Source: Paraspadella gotoi (Eukaryota; Animalia; Chaetognatha). Taken from it: a DNA stretch of 64,000 nucleotides. The notes beneath the pieces are model-generated. The model was not told where the DNA came from. It did no database searches and saw nothing but the letters and a program-made list of their open reading frames with translations. Positions within the stretch are counted from its first letter, which is position 1. Every line of letters begins with the position of its first letter. The position numbers and the translations under genes are program-made. The stretch lies in the NCBI GenBank assembly GCA_051294375.1, contig CM119264.1:27633469-27697468 (forward strand), given 5' to 3'. This document shows positions 1 through 12,140 of the stretch, one piece after another.

Positions 1-2759
1 TCGTGTGAATTTACTTTCTCTTTCTTTTCTCTTGAGAGCTTTTTGTCCTTAACTTGACCTCATAATTCTTTCACTCTTATTCTCTCTCTCTCTTTTAACC
101 AAATTTTTTTTACTTTTTGTGTCTGTTTTTCTTGCATTTACTTTCGCAAAAATTGATACTTCATGTTTAAGCGATGTTAACCGAAATAATTGCTCAATAA
201 TAAAATATATATGCCGTTCCTCATAAACGATGTTAATCCACTCAATACTATGGTACTCATTACCGCATATACGATGACTCTCAGAAAACATTTTTAGAAA
301 TTAATCGCTATTTTGTGTTTTGTGCCTGTAACTAAAGTTCAGTCTCTGAACATGGGATATTTGTAAGAGAAATGTAAGTTATAAAATATGATCTGGTATA
401 TTAGTAAAATGATTAGAATAACAATGAAAGTTATAATATTGGAATATTTAATAAAGATGAAAATTTTTTTTAACAATAACAATATTTATACAAACAAACA
501 TAAATGGCTTTTAAACGGGACTATGATTTTATGTACAATTTTTTATCCCCTTCTTCTAACTATTATTATATTATAGAAGTCATTTTTCCTATTACTATAG
601 TTTTCATTTTATAACTAATTAATAGCCAATAATATAAGGATGAATGAGGGTTTGAGACACCATAGTCAACACTTTTCTTCAATTATAAGAAAATACTATC
701 CTCGGGATTTTTTTTTAGGTTTCAGTCATTGTATATTTATTTTCATTTGTTGTTTGATTTAGAGACGAAATAATAACTTTTTAATGGGTTAACAATACAC
801 GACATAATGTTTTACATAAAAAATGGACATTTCGAAACTATATTGTTAGCTTCATCGTTGTTGTTAACAATTAAAATGTTATCATTATATCTATCATATT
901 GTTTTTAATGCATTAATTTGTTTACACACTTTTTCCAATTGGTTGTTGCATTGAAAGAATTAAACAAAGAGAATCTATCATTATTGTACAGACAATAGGT
1001 TTCGATTAATTTTTTTAAATTAATTGACATGTTTGATTTAAAAAACTTATAATAAGCAAAAGCAATTCTTTAAAATTCTTGGAAGTTAAAGTTATTCCCT
1101 CTCAAAAGTTCTTCTGTTTTTCTTCTATATAAATGAAATGTAGTTTTTTGATTATGATCAAAGTAAATCTAGACTACAAATAAATAGAGGACTATGGTTT
1201 ATTTACCATATCAGAAATGAGTCCTGTTCCATGTGCCTCAAACCAAAAAAGATCCAATCGTCCAATCTATTGAAAATTGGTACAACCATATAATAAAATG
1301 TATGTATGTATTTGTATTCAAATTTAGTAATATTTATTAGATGATCGTGTATTTAATTTTTCTTTCTGATCATTCAAACATAATATACTTAAATCATTGA
1401 TATGATATTGAATGGATCCACTTTTCACTTTATCTACATAATGTATATACCCGGTGGTAGCAAGGATTCGTCCTCCTAGCGTATTATTGGGCCCATAAAA
1501 TTGTCGCCCCTAGGATTGCACCATTGTGAGCAGTGTGGCCCACATAACCATTGCATCCCAATAGTATCCGCCCCACCTCATTTCCCACGTATTCCTACGG
1601 TGGTACAATCCTAATGGAAACCTAGTTAGACAAAAATTACTTTAAAAAATATAGAAAAATATTCATTAATAATTTTAATAAATTTAAATTCTTTCTTTGC
1701 AGTAATTTTTAACAATAATTTTTTTTATTTAATTATTATTATTAAATTATTAAATATTAATATTAGTTATTATTTTTTTTTTTTTAAATTTTACTTTATT
1801 GGTTTATTTTAATCTTTTGCTATCAAATGTTTTTCCATATTTACCTATTTATTAAGCACGTATAATAGTAACTTAAACGAATGAATTATACAATTTATAA
1901 TACCAATTTATATTATATTATATGCTATAAGGAACCTTAAACAAGCAAAATAGTTTAATATTTTATTTATGCAAAATCTTTTTGAATTCCCTCATTTTGG
2001 TTAAGAAAAAGAAGCATTCAAGATCTCATTTAAATTTGCTAATTTTGTCTTATTTATATTAGGCTATAAATACTATAAATTATTTACTATTTATAAAATA
2101 TATATTCTAAAAGACTATAATATTCAATTATTTATTATATTACAATAATAAAACGTAAACATTACGCGAAAAAGAGCGTCATTCGTTATCTTGACAAATT
2201 CCGATCGTAGCTAATTTGCATAATTTTAGGAGCCAGTATTAAAATCGATCGGGATCTCTCATTGTTGGAGAATTTCAAATCGAATAAAAGTGTTTTAAAT
2301 TAAAGGAGTATGATGATGATGTGGTGATCACTTTGTGGTGAGACGTTTTGGAAAATGCTGAATCCAGGTCTTGATTGACACTACTTCTTTATCAACGCTT
2401 ATTTCACGTCATTTTTGTCAATTTTCTCTGTTAAAACTTTTTAATTTCAAACTTTTAAAATTTTTTTAAACTTTTTTACCTTTTTATATTTTTTTCCTTT
2501 TTTTTAAATTTGTAAATTTTTTTCCCATTTTTACTTTATCCTTTATCTTAGTGAAGCCTCAGTTATCTCAGTCATTCGCCCATCACCGGCGTAAACCATT
2601 CACTGATAACATCTGCACTATGTTTTCTCACAAAACTCCCTCACTATCACCTCTTAATTTCATCTCAAAACAATAAATCCTCTAATTACTATCAATGTTT
2701 CTCTATTACCTCTTCTCGTTTGCCCTTAACTCTCAAAATTAACTCCCTCACCATTATCC

Positions 2760-3190
2760 CTAATTTACTCCTTAGCTCTCTCTTCTTTTTAATCTTCCTC
2801 CAGAGCTTCCTCTTCCCTCTAATCTTCCTCCTTAACACCTTTTTCCTTTTAATCTTCCTCTTCAGCTCTCTCTTACATCTTGTCTTTCTCCTTTGCTCCC
2901 TCTTCCCTCTAATCGCTCTCCTTAGCATCCTCTTCCATCTAATATTTTTCTGTAGCTCTCTATTCCTTTTAATCTTCTTTTAATCTTCCTCATTAGCTCC
3001 CTCTTCCATCTAATCTTCCTCCTTAGCTCCATCTTCCATTTAATCTTCCTTTTAATCTTCCTACTTAGCTCTCCCTTCCCTCTAATTTTCTCCTTTAGCT
3101 CTCCCTTCCCTCTAATCTTCTCCTTTAGCTCTCCCTTCCCTCTAATCTTCTCCTTTAGCTCTCCCTTCCCTCTAATCTTCTTCCATACCT
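2760..3190. repeat. 30-bp minisatellite (CCTTTAGCTCTCCCTTCCCTCTAATCTTCT)
   Basis: Near-perfect copies at 3060-3180, degenerating leftwards; explains the KIRGKGELKE ORFs. Confidence 0.9.
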
Positions 3191-3849
3191 CCCACATCCC
3201 TTCTCTAATCCTTTTTTTTTCAAGGTCTCCTTTCGCCCATTTGTTCTGCCTTCTGTCGTCTCATTATCGAAACGACAACAACAACAACAACGACCACGAC
3301 GACAACAATCGAGAAAGACAAAGAAAAAAAAGTAATTATAATGAGGACAATAAAGCGACGGAAGCAACAAAAAAGAATCAAACACTTTGTCCGGGATCTT
3401 CGAAGAGGCTCCATATCCTTCCATGTCCATGTAACTTTCTTTGTAAAACATTTATCACCTCGTTTCCTTCATTTCGTTTCATAGCCGACAATGATCAATA
3501 TCATGACATATTTTTTTCTTATTTTAACAAGATTTTTTTAAAAATTATACACTACGAAAGCTATTTATACTATGTTATACCTCGTCTTTCGTCATTATAA
3601 ACTCTTCAATTTTCTATCTTTATCTTCTAATTCTTTAATATCTTTATAATTCTTCCAACTCGTACCCTGAGTTCTAGTTTATTCTCTATTGTCTCACTTT
3701 TAACTTACCTCACTTCCTCACCCTTGCCAATTTCCCTTCATCATCATACTTTTCTTCTCTTTTTCTTTTTGCTTCACTCTTTTTTGTCTCTCCCTATCTT
3801 TTTTTTACCCCACCGGCTCCCGCTATCCCTACTCTCCCTTCCTCCTTGA

Positions 3850-3945
3850 CTCCCTATCCATCGTTGTCTCCCTCTCCCTCCTTGTCTCCCTCTCCCTCTT
3901 TGTCTCCCTCTCCCTCCTTGTCTCCCTCTCCCTCTCCCTCATCCT
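3850..3945. repeat. 18-bp tandem repeat (GTCTCCCTCTCCCTCCTT)
   Basis: About 4 direct copies visible. Confidence 0.8.
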
Positions 3946-4029
3946 CCCTTTTGTGTTGATGCGAAAAAGATGAGTGGCTCCGTGAAAAGATGACGAGATT
4001 GTGAAACAAAAGACGACATTGAGCACTCA

Positions 4030-4072
<43 letters not shown>

Positions 4073-5287
4073 CTCTTCTCCTCTCTCTTCTCTCCCTATC
4101 TTCCACTCTCTTCCCCAATCCGTGTCCCGCTCTCTCTTTTTCTCACTCAAGCGTTTTAAACTTTTTTTCTTTCCATTCAATCCTTCTTTAACTCTTTCAT
4201 AATTCTATACAAAAAAAAAGGAGATCGGATTCCGGATTGAAAAATGATTTTTGTTCCCATTTTGACGCGTTATTCGTTTCTGTGAGATCACGCCTCAAAT
4301 TGTCCCTTTATTCACCGACTGGCTTTGTGAAGTTCCATCGGCCTGTGAGCGGAGAAATCTTTGTTCGTTGAAGCTTCTCTTTTGCTGGATATACCCTTTA
4401 ATTCTGGTTTAGGATGCTATTATCCTATCTACAACGCGTAGCTAATAATGAATATCCTTTATTAATGATTGCAGAATATACGAACACGAATAATGAATTA
4501 ACACGAACAAAGAATAAGTTGGTTTATCGGGTAAGAAGAGTGAAAATATTTTCTGAGGGCGACATTTTCCAAAAAAATTAAAGATTCGATCAAACTTTGT
4601 TTCGAACAAAGTTTCTTAAAGACGAATAGTTTAATTCAATTGAGATACATGTATATTGTATAATCAGTATTACTCTCACTGTCGAATCATTTACATTTAC
4701 AAAGGCTCAACTTTCACCATCGGAACTTCCATTTTGTGAATATTTTAAACGCGCACCGAAATATTTCACGTCTACTCTTCCATCTGGTGCTGATGCTAAG
4801 AATTAAGTCTTTTTGGAAACAGTTCACATATTATTAACGTTCATTTTATGTTAATAAAAACTTTTTTTTACGAAATAAAAATATTCGTACAACGTATTAA
4901 AAATAATTAACGTCGTTATTCAAAAGAGAAAATTCGTGCTTTACCAATTGACAAAGTAAAGTTTCGCGGTTGTCAGTCACGGCAATGATATATCCGCGCA
5001 ATCATCATTTATGAAAAATACTTAGCCTCTTACAATTAGCAGATTCTTACCATGAATGTTGTTTTTCATTATCATTATCATTGTATTTTTTTCTTTCTTT
5101 TTCGTTGCGTTAGTTAAATACTAAATAGGGTAGGAAGAGGTTTTTTTTCGAGCAGAATAAGGCCAAAACATGTCCGTTTTTAAAAAAAACCCAAATAATT
5201 GTTTGTAAACATTAAAAAAAGCCCTCTCCCTTTTAATTAACATTATAATAATGTTTATCCCTTTAATCATCATCTCCATTATCTATC

Positions 5288-5997
5288 TCACATCATCTTC
5301 AACTTCGCCCGCCAAACGTCAAAAGTCGAGTTTTCAAAATCCTTGAGTTCCTCGTCCAGCGAAAATCGTTCCCAACCCGAGCTGCTGCTGTTGCAGAGTC
5401 GAAAGCTGCTGCTGCTGCAGATTCTCGTGTTGCTGTCGCTGGAGATTCTTGCTTCGGTCAGTCGAGAGTCTTGAGGTCGAAGGGGGGCGCCAATATCGTC
5501 GTCGTCGTCGTCGTCGTCGTTATCGACGCCCTTCTGCGCGTTTCCTTTTTCCACGGCGCCGCAAAAAGAACATCTGTTGACGCCGTTTTTGGCGCCGCTT
5601 TTGCCAGTCGCTCCGCCACTCGCCTCGCCGTCTCCCCAATCCCCGCTTCCCCCGCGCCATTTGTTTTTTCTCTTCTTGTACGAGCGACGACAGCGATGAC
5701 GACGACAGCGCCTCTCTCGGTCGTCGTCGTTATCGTCGTCGTCGTCGGCGGGCGTGAGACGAGCGACGTCGCGACGCCGGGGACGATCGTCTTTGGTCCT
5801 CGTCGTCGTCTTTCCGTCGTCGGGAGACGTTGATTTTCCAAAGGACCGATGTTGATTGATGCTTTGTTTTGCCGTCGTCTTCGTCGTCGTCTTTCCCGTT
5901 AACGACGAAGGCAACAACAACGACGACGACGACGACGTCGCGCACGGGGTCTCCTTTACGGCGGCGGCGTTAATTAAAAAGCCCGCCCTGGTCGTCA

Positions 5998-6032
<35 letters not shown>

Positions 6033-6525
6033 CTCGTTGTCGTCGGTCTCTTCGTTCTTCTCATCGTCGTCGTCGTCGTCGTCGGCCTCTCCCCTCCTCT
6101 TTCCACGCGTTCGGCGACGCCTGGCGAGAGGAAATTGCAGGAAGTGGCGCGGGCGACGCGGAATGGGCGTGGCTGACTATTCTGAAGTCGTCGTCGTCGT
6201 TGTTCTTGTTGTTCTTCGTCGTCGTCGTCGTCGTTGGCCAACGCTCGCGCCAAGAGTCTGACGAAGCGATCGATCTCAATCTCGGTCTCGTCGGCAGCGT
6301 CAGCTTCTGCGCCGGCAGCGTCGGCACAATTCGACAATTCGTTCGTGGAGTCGGTCGATGACTCGGAAACCTCGTCGTCTTCATCGTCGTCGTCGTCGTT
6401 CGTTCCCAACGCCATCTGGTAGGCGCGACTCAAAACTCGAGACAAAAGATTTTCGTCGAGTTGAATGGAGTAAATTTGGACGTAAGATCGAGTCAAGAGT
6501 CGAACGGTTTTGAGGGGGAGTTTTC
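5288..6525 (-). CDS. Terminal coding exon of the C1orf87-like EF-hand protein, followed by a long low-complexity D/T/R/S tail
   Basis: Acceptor ccccctccccttaaatttccacAG|GA AAA CTC (phase 1); open for 412 codons to the stop at 5288. The spliced peptide FLNMTNALYRADKENSGKLPLKTVRLLTRSYVQIYSIQLDENLLSRVLSR matches the pattern I recall for the C1orf87 C-terminal segment (NALY..D..N.G.L....R.L...Y..IY.L.L); recalled, not searched. Confidence 0.7.
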
Positions 6526-6695
6526 CTGTGGAAATTTAAGGGGAGGGGGAGGGAGTGAGGTGAGGAAGGTGGGAAGCGACGAGAAAAGAGTGGTTAGCGA
6601 TGGTCGTTCCCGTCGCTCCTTTTTATCTACTACGTAGTAGGAGTTTTCGTATAATATTTGGATATAGTGGAATAAAATCCACCAATCGTTCATCA

Positions 6696-6767
6696 GCGGC
6701 CATTGGTGCAGGAGGCAAGTCATTCGCCTCCCAACCCGAAGGCCCGGGGTTCTCGCCCGGTGGTCGC
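6696..6767 (+). pseudogene. tRNA-Gly(CCC)-like pseudo-tRNA or tRNA-derived SINE head, in the intron of the C1orf87-like gene
   Basis: 72 nt. Acceptor stem GCGGCCA/TGGTCGC; A-box-like TGGTGCAGGAGG; anticodon-like loop CTCCCAA; T-arm CCGGG-GTTCTCG-CCCGG. The anticodon stem and B box are degenerate, so a functional tRNA is unlikely. Confidence 0.6.
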
Positions 6768-7494
6768 CTCGCTGTTAAGAGGGATGGGGCGTTTAACTAG
6801 GTGTTACAGCCTGATCCGATGCTCAGGGACTGCTTATATTCAACGTTTCTGTCGCAAACTCATATCAGTTTTTATTGTCTCTTCATTGCCATATTTTCCA
6901 GTTTAAGAATGGGGTAAGGGATATGGGCTGGGTTAAGAGTTTATGGTTAAATATCCGGGTTAAAATTAAATTTAAGGATTAGGGACAGAAATGGGTCTCT
7001 TTTGAAAAATAATAGTTAATAGTTAGAGATGATTTTTGAAAAAAAAAACAGTCGTTGGCCGTAGGTTTACAAATCATTTCTTCCAACCCAGAAAGCCCCC
7101 TTTGTTTCATTTCAAGATCCCACAGCTTTTAAAATTCCCTCCAATGTCATTCTACCATTTTTTTTCTTCCAAACTTTAACAAAAAAATCTCGTTTCTTCT
7201 GCTTCTTCGATCTTCGAGCTTCGAATTTTTCAGAATCTTTGACGAAAACTAAAAAAAAAAACTAAAAAAAAAAAAAAAAAAACTCTCCAAAAACCCGGAA
7301 AGTTGGATTCTTCCGGTTGTGTTGTTTTGGGAACTTTTTACGAGGCGGAGCTCGAACCCGCCTTCTCGTTATCTCTTCCTTTATTCTCTTTCCCTACTCT
7401 CTATTTCCTTTCTAAACTTTTCTTTCCAAAATCTCTTTCCAAACTTTCTTTCGTAACACTTCTGTCTTTGGTATTGCCTAAGTTCACAATCGTG

Positions 7495-7690
7495 ACTCGG
7501 TGGCTCATTGAGTACCGGGTTCAATCCCAACCCGGTACCTACCCTGCGGAAGCGTGAGGACGGCCGTAAGTCGCCTTGGGGGCGTGGCAAACCCTCAAGC
7601 CTGGCTTCAAGCCCAGGACCCGTTCCATTGCTGTTGAGGGGACATAGAAGTTACGGATAGTAATCTTCAGCCCACTTTGCGCCTTATCCA
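7495..7690 (+). mobile_element. Putative SINE-like or structured Pol III element
   Basis: GC-rich island in T-rich intron. A-box-like TGGCTCATTG (7501), B box GGTTCAATCC (7518-7527), and several stems: GTACCGGG/CCCGGTAC, CCCTCAA/TTGAGGG, CCTGG/CCAGG, GAAGTTAC/GTAATCTTC. Confidence 0.35.
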
Positions 7691-7839
7691 CAACCTTTAA
7701 AAAATATCTTTCTTTTTTCTATAAACTAAAAAGTGATATATTTTCTTATCCTTTTTTTTTCTTCGTTCTTTAATATTTATTTATTTTCCTACTTCCTGCC
7801 CACCTACTCTTTCCATTCTCAATCTCGTCCTATTTTTTT

Positions 7840-8085
7840 CACTCTCTCTTTAAACCCTCTCTTTCCATCCTCTCTTTCCATTTTCTCTAAGCACTCTCTG
7901 TTTCCACCCTCTCTTTAAACCCTCCATTTTTATCCTCTCTTTCCACCCTCTCTTTCCACCCTCTCTTTCCATCCTTCCTTTCCACTCGCTCTTTACATCC
8001 TCTCTTTCCCCCCTCTCTTTACATCCTCTCTTTACATCCTCTATTTGCACCCTCTCTTTCCACCCTCTCTTTCCACCCTCCTCCC
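7840..8085. repeat. 13-bp minisatellite (TTTCCACCCTCTC)
   Basis: Repeated units visible in the intron. Confidence 0.85.
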
Positions 8086-8110
8086 CCCACATGCGTTCCG
8101 CCCCATTCAC

Positions 8111-8192
8111 CTGAGTTTTCTTTATCTGCGCGATAAAGTGCGTTAGTCATGTTGAGAAAAGCGGAGGAGAGAGACTCAAGGACAAATCTCGG
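8111..8192 (-). CDS. Internal coding exon of a C1orf87-like EF-hand protein (PRFVLESLSSAFLNMTNALYRADKENS-G)
   Basis: Minus strand reads pyrimidine tract ...ctctatctcAG|CCG AGA...AAC TCA G|GTgaat. It is 82 nt, open, phase 0 to phase 1, and splices in frame to the exon starting at 6525, completing an EF-hand-like loop DKENSGKLP. Missed by the ORF track. Confidence 0.75.
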
Positions 8193-8286
8193 CTGAGATA
8201 GAGACAGAGACGGTGTAAGGGAGTGTGGGAGGGAGAGAGAGAGAGACAGAGAGAAGAGAGAGAGAGAAGACGGAGAGAGAGAGGAG

Positions 8287-8327
<41 letters not shown>

Positions 8328-9286
8328 CGTGTTGATTGAATTACAAAATCGAAAAATTAAAAAAATAGAAATACGTACGAGTCATGGCGTTTGCGGGTTC
8401 CATCACGAAAGCAGGAAGCAAAAGGGAGAAGAAAAAAATAGAGAAAAAAATAATTAATAGAGAAAAAATTAATTAATTACGGAACGAGTTTAGAATTCGC
8501 TTCTTTTTTACTCCATCTTCTAATACTATAATTATCTATTACTCTAATCCTATAATAATATATTATCCTCTAATCGAGTTTATCTAATTAAAACAAGACA
8601 AATGATATTTGATTTCACAGTAAATGTTTGATTATTTTTATTGCTTCTTTGGGTCTAGGCAATGCCCGTTCGAAAGGAATGACAATGATAATTATTATTG
8701 TATTTTCATTATCGAAACCCGTAGAAACTTTACTTCCAACGGGCAGACTCTCACATGATTCGATATTGGATATTGAATGAGACGTTTCGGAAAACGAGAC
8801 TCCGAACTAAGTTGACCTCAGAAAAGCGGCTTTCATCATATACAATAATACATATATGTAGAAAGTAGTAAAATGTGTTTGAGGCATCAAATTTTCTCGA
8901 GACACAGCTTTATTTTCTCTTAAGACGCATACAAGTAAATATAAACTCTGATGTGAGGGATAAAATAAATAAAACAGGATTTAAAATTTTTCATTTTTGT
9001 TTTAACCGAAAGTGGAACAAACACAAAATACTTACATAAACAAAAGAATTATTAGTTTTAAATACGAATTTCATTATTTTTTGGGTGGCCCCGAGGTTTT
9101 TTGTTTATTTAATTCTCTCTCTGGGTCTGTTTGAAGAAAGGAGAGGAAAAACAAAAAAGCCAACGGACAAAGAAAAAAAAAACCAACTGAATTGCTTTGC
9201 ATTTAATCTGCATAAAAAAAGATGCCGTTGCTCTTTTTTTCGTGAAAAGGATGACTGTGATTTGGAGATGAAACCGGAGAGAGGGA

Positions 9287-9338
<52 letters not shown>

Positions 9339-9760
9339 CACGAGGGGCGGGACAAGAATGAAGAGGAGGAGAGAAAAAAGGTTGACGACGATGTGACAAC
9401 TTGTCACTTGATCTAATGAAACAATTTTCTCCCCCACATCAATAAAAAACATTTTTTGATATCTTTGGACCGCAGGTACTGTGACCTTTCTGGCGAGGGC
9501 GGAACTTGTATCTAGAAGAAATTAGGTTACCTAAAAATGTTGTATAGAGGTAAGATAAAAAGATAGAGGATTGAGAAAAATGAAAATAAAATAGATCTTT
9601 CATACTGGTTGGCCTACATGAAAAGGCCCGTCCAGTGGCTGCGGCCGTCTTTGTTTATGTTTTCGTTTTTCTTTTGTTTTTCTGTTTTTTTTTTAATCGG
9701 AATCCCTTGTCCCCGGGAACCATAAACCTTACCTACCTTGCCCACTTTTATCCTTGATTC

Positions 9761-9889
<129 letters not shown>

Positions 9890-10684
9890 GTCTGGTTTAC
9901 GACTTTGGGTTTTATTCCCCCTTTTTATGGTTAAACTTTTCATCAGCCAGATTTACTGCCCAGAGCCACGACTCGGGATCTCTCCTCCTTTTTGGGGTCG
10001 AAGAGTCGGAAGGGGGAGGTGGAGAGGGAAAGAGGGGTGGAGTGAAAGAGAGAGGGAGAGAGAAGATGAAGGAAAGAAAGGAAAAAAAAAGAGAGAAGAG
10101 GAAAGAGAAAAGGTAAAAAAGAGAAAATTAGATAAGAGGAAAGTAAGAAAAAAAGGTGAAATATATTTCTTGCGCCAGATAAATTTGTGCAAAGCGAACA
10201 AAGTTTTGAGTTTTGCGAATAGTTTTAACGTTGCAGATGGTGAAGATTATGATTTTGATGATGGTGAATATGATGATGATATTGATGATGATTATGATGA
10301 TGATGATGATGATAAGAGGTCAAACTAATCTTTTTTTTACTCCTGTTTGATTTTTATGAATTTAAAAAAAATTTATATCTATTCGTTGACTACTTTTTTT
10401 TCCCTTTCGGTATTTTTTCTACTCATTTTCTTGTTTATATTTAGTGAACTATCAAATTCTCTATTCCCATTATTTTAATCATTTAAATTAATCATTGCTG
10501 TTGGTGATTTAAGTTAATGTATTAATCATTTGAACTTCTCTCCCAAGAATCAACAACATTCAAAAACTGAACAAAATTAGAAAAACTCACTCACCCTTTT
10601 TTGGTCATTAAATCGGCGCTCCTTTCATTCAAACCTCTTAATCACATAATTTTCTCAAAAAGCAATAGAAAAATAGAGAAAAAA

Positions 10685-10764
<80 letters not shown>

Positions 10765-11119
10765 TTTGAATCCAGATGCGTCGCCATGGAGGAAAAGAAT
10801 TTCATATTCCAGTTTCGTTCTTATTAATACAAATATGAATGACATTTGAAAAGGTATTGAATTGATTATAATTTTTTTGTTGAATCAATTTAAATTAGGT
10901 ATTCTATGTTGTAACTGTGAATCATATTATTGAATAATTCTTAGGCTAAATTTAAAGAAAAACCAGAGAAAGTCGATTTCTGTTCGGCGATGCACTCAAA
11001 TACTATTGGATTTTAACTACATCGCATGTTGAAAAGGTTGAGCCCGAAAAAAGATCATAAATAACTGGTCTCCTCAGAAATGTTACGCTTTTTTTCTAAT
11101 TCTTTAACGCGAGTACAGA

Positions 11120-11410
11120 GACTCTGGACTCCAGACTCCAGACTGTGGACTCCAGACTCTGGACTCCAGACTCAACACTTTTCTTTAAATCTACAGCCGT
11201 GATTCTCTATGTCCGTCAGTCTGTCTGTCAGTCAGTCAGTCAGTCTGTCTGTCCAGACTCCAGACTCTAGACTTCAGACTCCACACTTTTTTTAAATATA
11301 CCACCGAGATTCTCTATGTCTGTCAGTCTGTCTGTCTGTCAGTCAGTCTGTCCAGACTCCAGACTCTAGACATCAGACACCACAGTTTTCTTTAAATCTA
11401 CAGCCGTGAT
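11120..11410. repeat. Composite tandem repeat: (CTCCAGA)n + TTTAAATCTACAGCCGTGAT + (CTGT/CAGT)n modules, about 3 units
   Basis: The TTTAAAT.TAC..CCG.GAT motif recurs at ~11185, ~11290 and ~11392 with the same flanking micro-repeats. Confidence 0.8.
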
Positions 11411-11708
11411 CCAATGAGAAACTGGCTCATTGTTCACGGTTCAGCCAATCTCCAATGAGAAAGAAGCGAATAGAAGGAAGAGGATAAGGAGGATGAGGAG
11501 GAGGCAGAGGAGGAAAATGAGGAGGAAGAGGAAGAGAATGCTACGGACTAAATCGAAAAAGGCATTTGAAAGCATTGAAATATTGATTCGCTAAACTAAT
11601 ATTCATTACAAAATGAAAAGTTAAGTTTATAAATCGATTGTATGAGAGGCTAATGAAAGGAATCGACTAAAGCCGTCGCTTTAGTTCAGTGGGAGATTCA
11701 ATCTTGGT

Positions 11709-11796
<88 letters not shown>

Positions 11797-11800
11797 TTCT
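11709..11800. repeat. (CTTT)n microsatellite
   Basis: Perfect tetranucleotide run. Confidence 0.95.
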
Positions 11801-12092
11801 CTCTTTCCTTATTTTATTTTCTTCTTTCTTTCCATCCTTTTTCTTTCTTTCTTTCTTTCTTTCTTTTTTCTTCTTCCTCCTCCTCCTCCTCTCCTTCCTC
11901 CTCTCCCTCCCCCTCCTCCTCTTCCTCCTCCCTCTCATTCCCCTTCTCCTCCGGTCAGTCGTCGACTTCGTCTTCGTCAAACTTCAAAAGAAGCGACGTT
12001 CCTCGACGTAAATGAGATCCAACGTCAATTTGGCGCAGCGCCATCGTCCATGCCGCGCCATCGTGGTCTGACTGTTCTAAGTGGTAAAGGAA

Positions 12093-12093
12093 T

Positions 12094-12140
<47 letters not shown>

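Noticed and set aside
1451-1621. Apparent minus-strand exon resembling an ion-channel pore region (YWDAMVMWATLL...PNNTLGGRILA)
   Set aside because: In-frame TAG, no GYG or SYTANL motif follows, and an inverted-repeat element explains the island.
2692-4180. K/R/E-rich and L/S/F-rich ORFs in the track (and similar ones across the window)
   Set aside because: They are translations of micro- and minisatellites that lack stop codons.
4592-4614. Perfect 10-bp hairpin AAACTTTGTT-TCG-AACAAAGTTT
   Set aside because: Short and AT-rich, with no context suggesting function; bacterial terminator logic does not apply.
7590-7690. HDV-like ribozyme
   Set aside because: P1-like and P4-like stems are present, but P3 is mismatched and no P2 partner or catalytic J4/2 motif was found.
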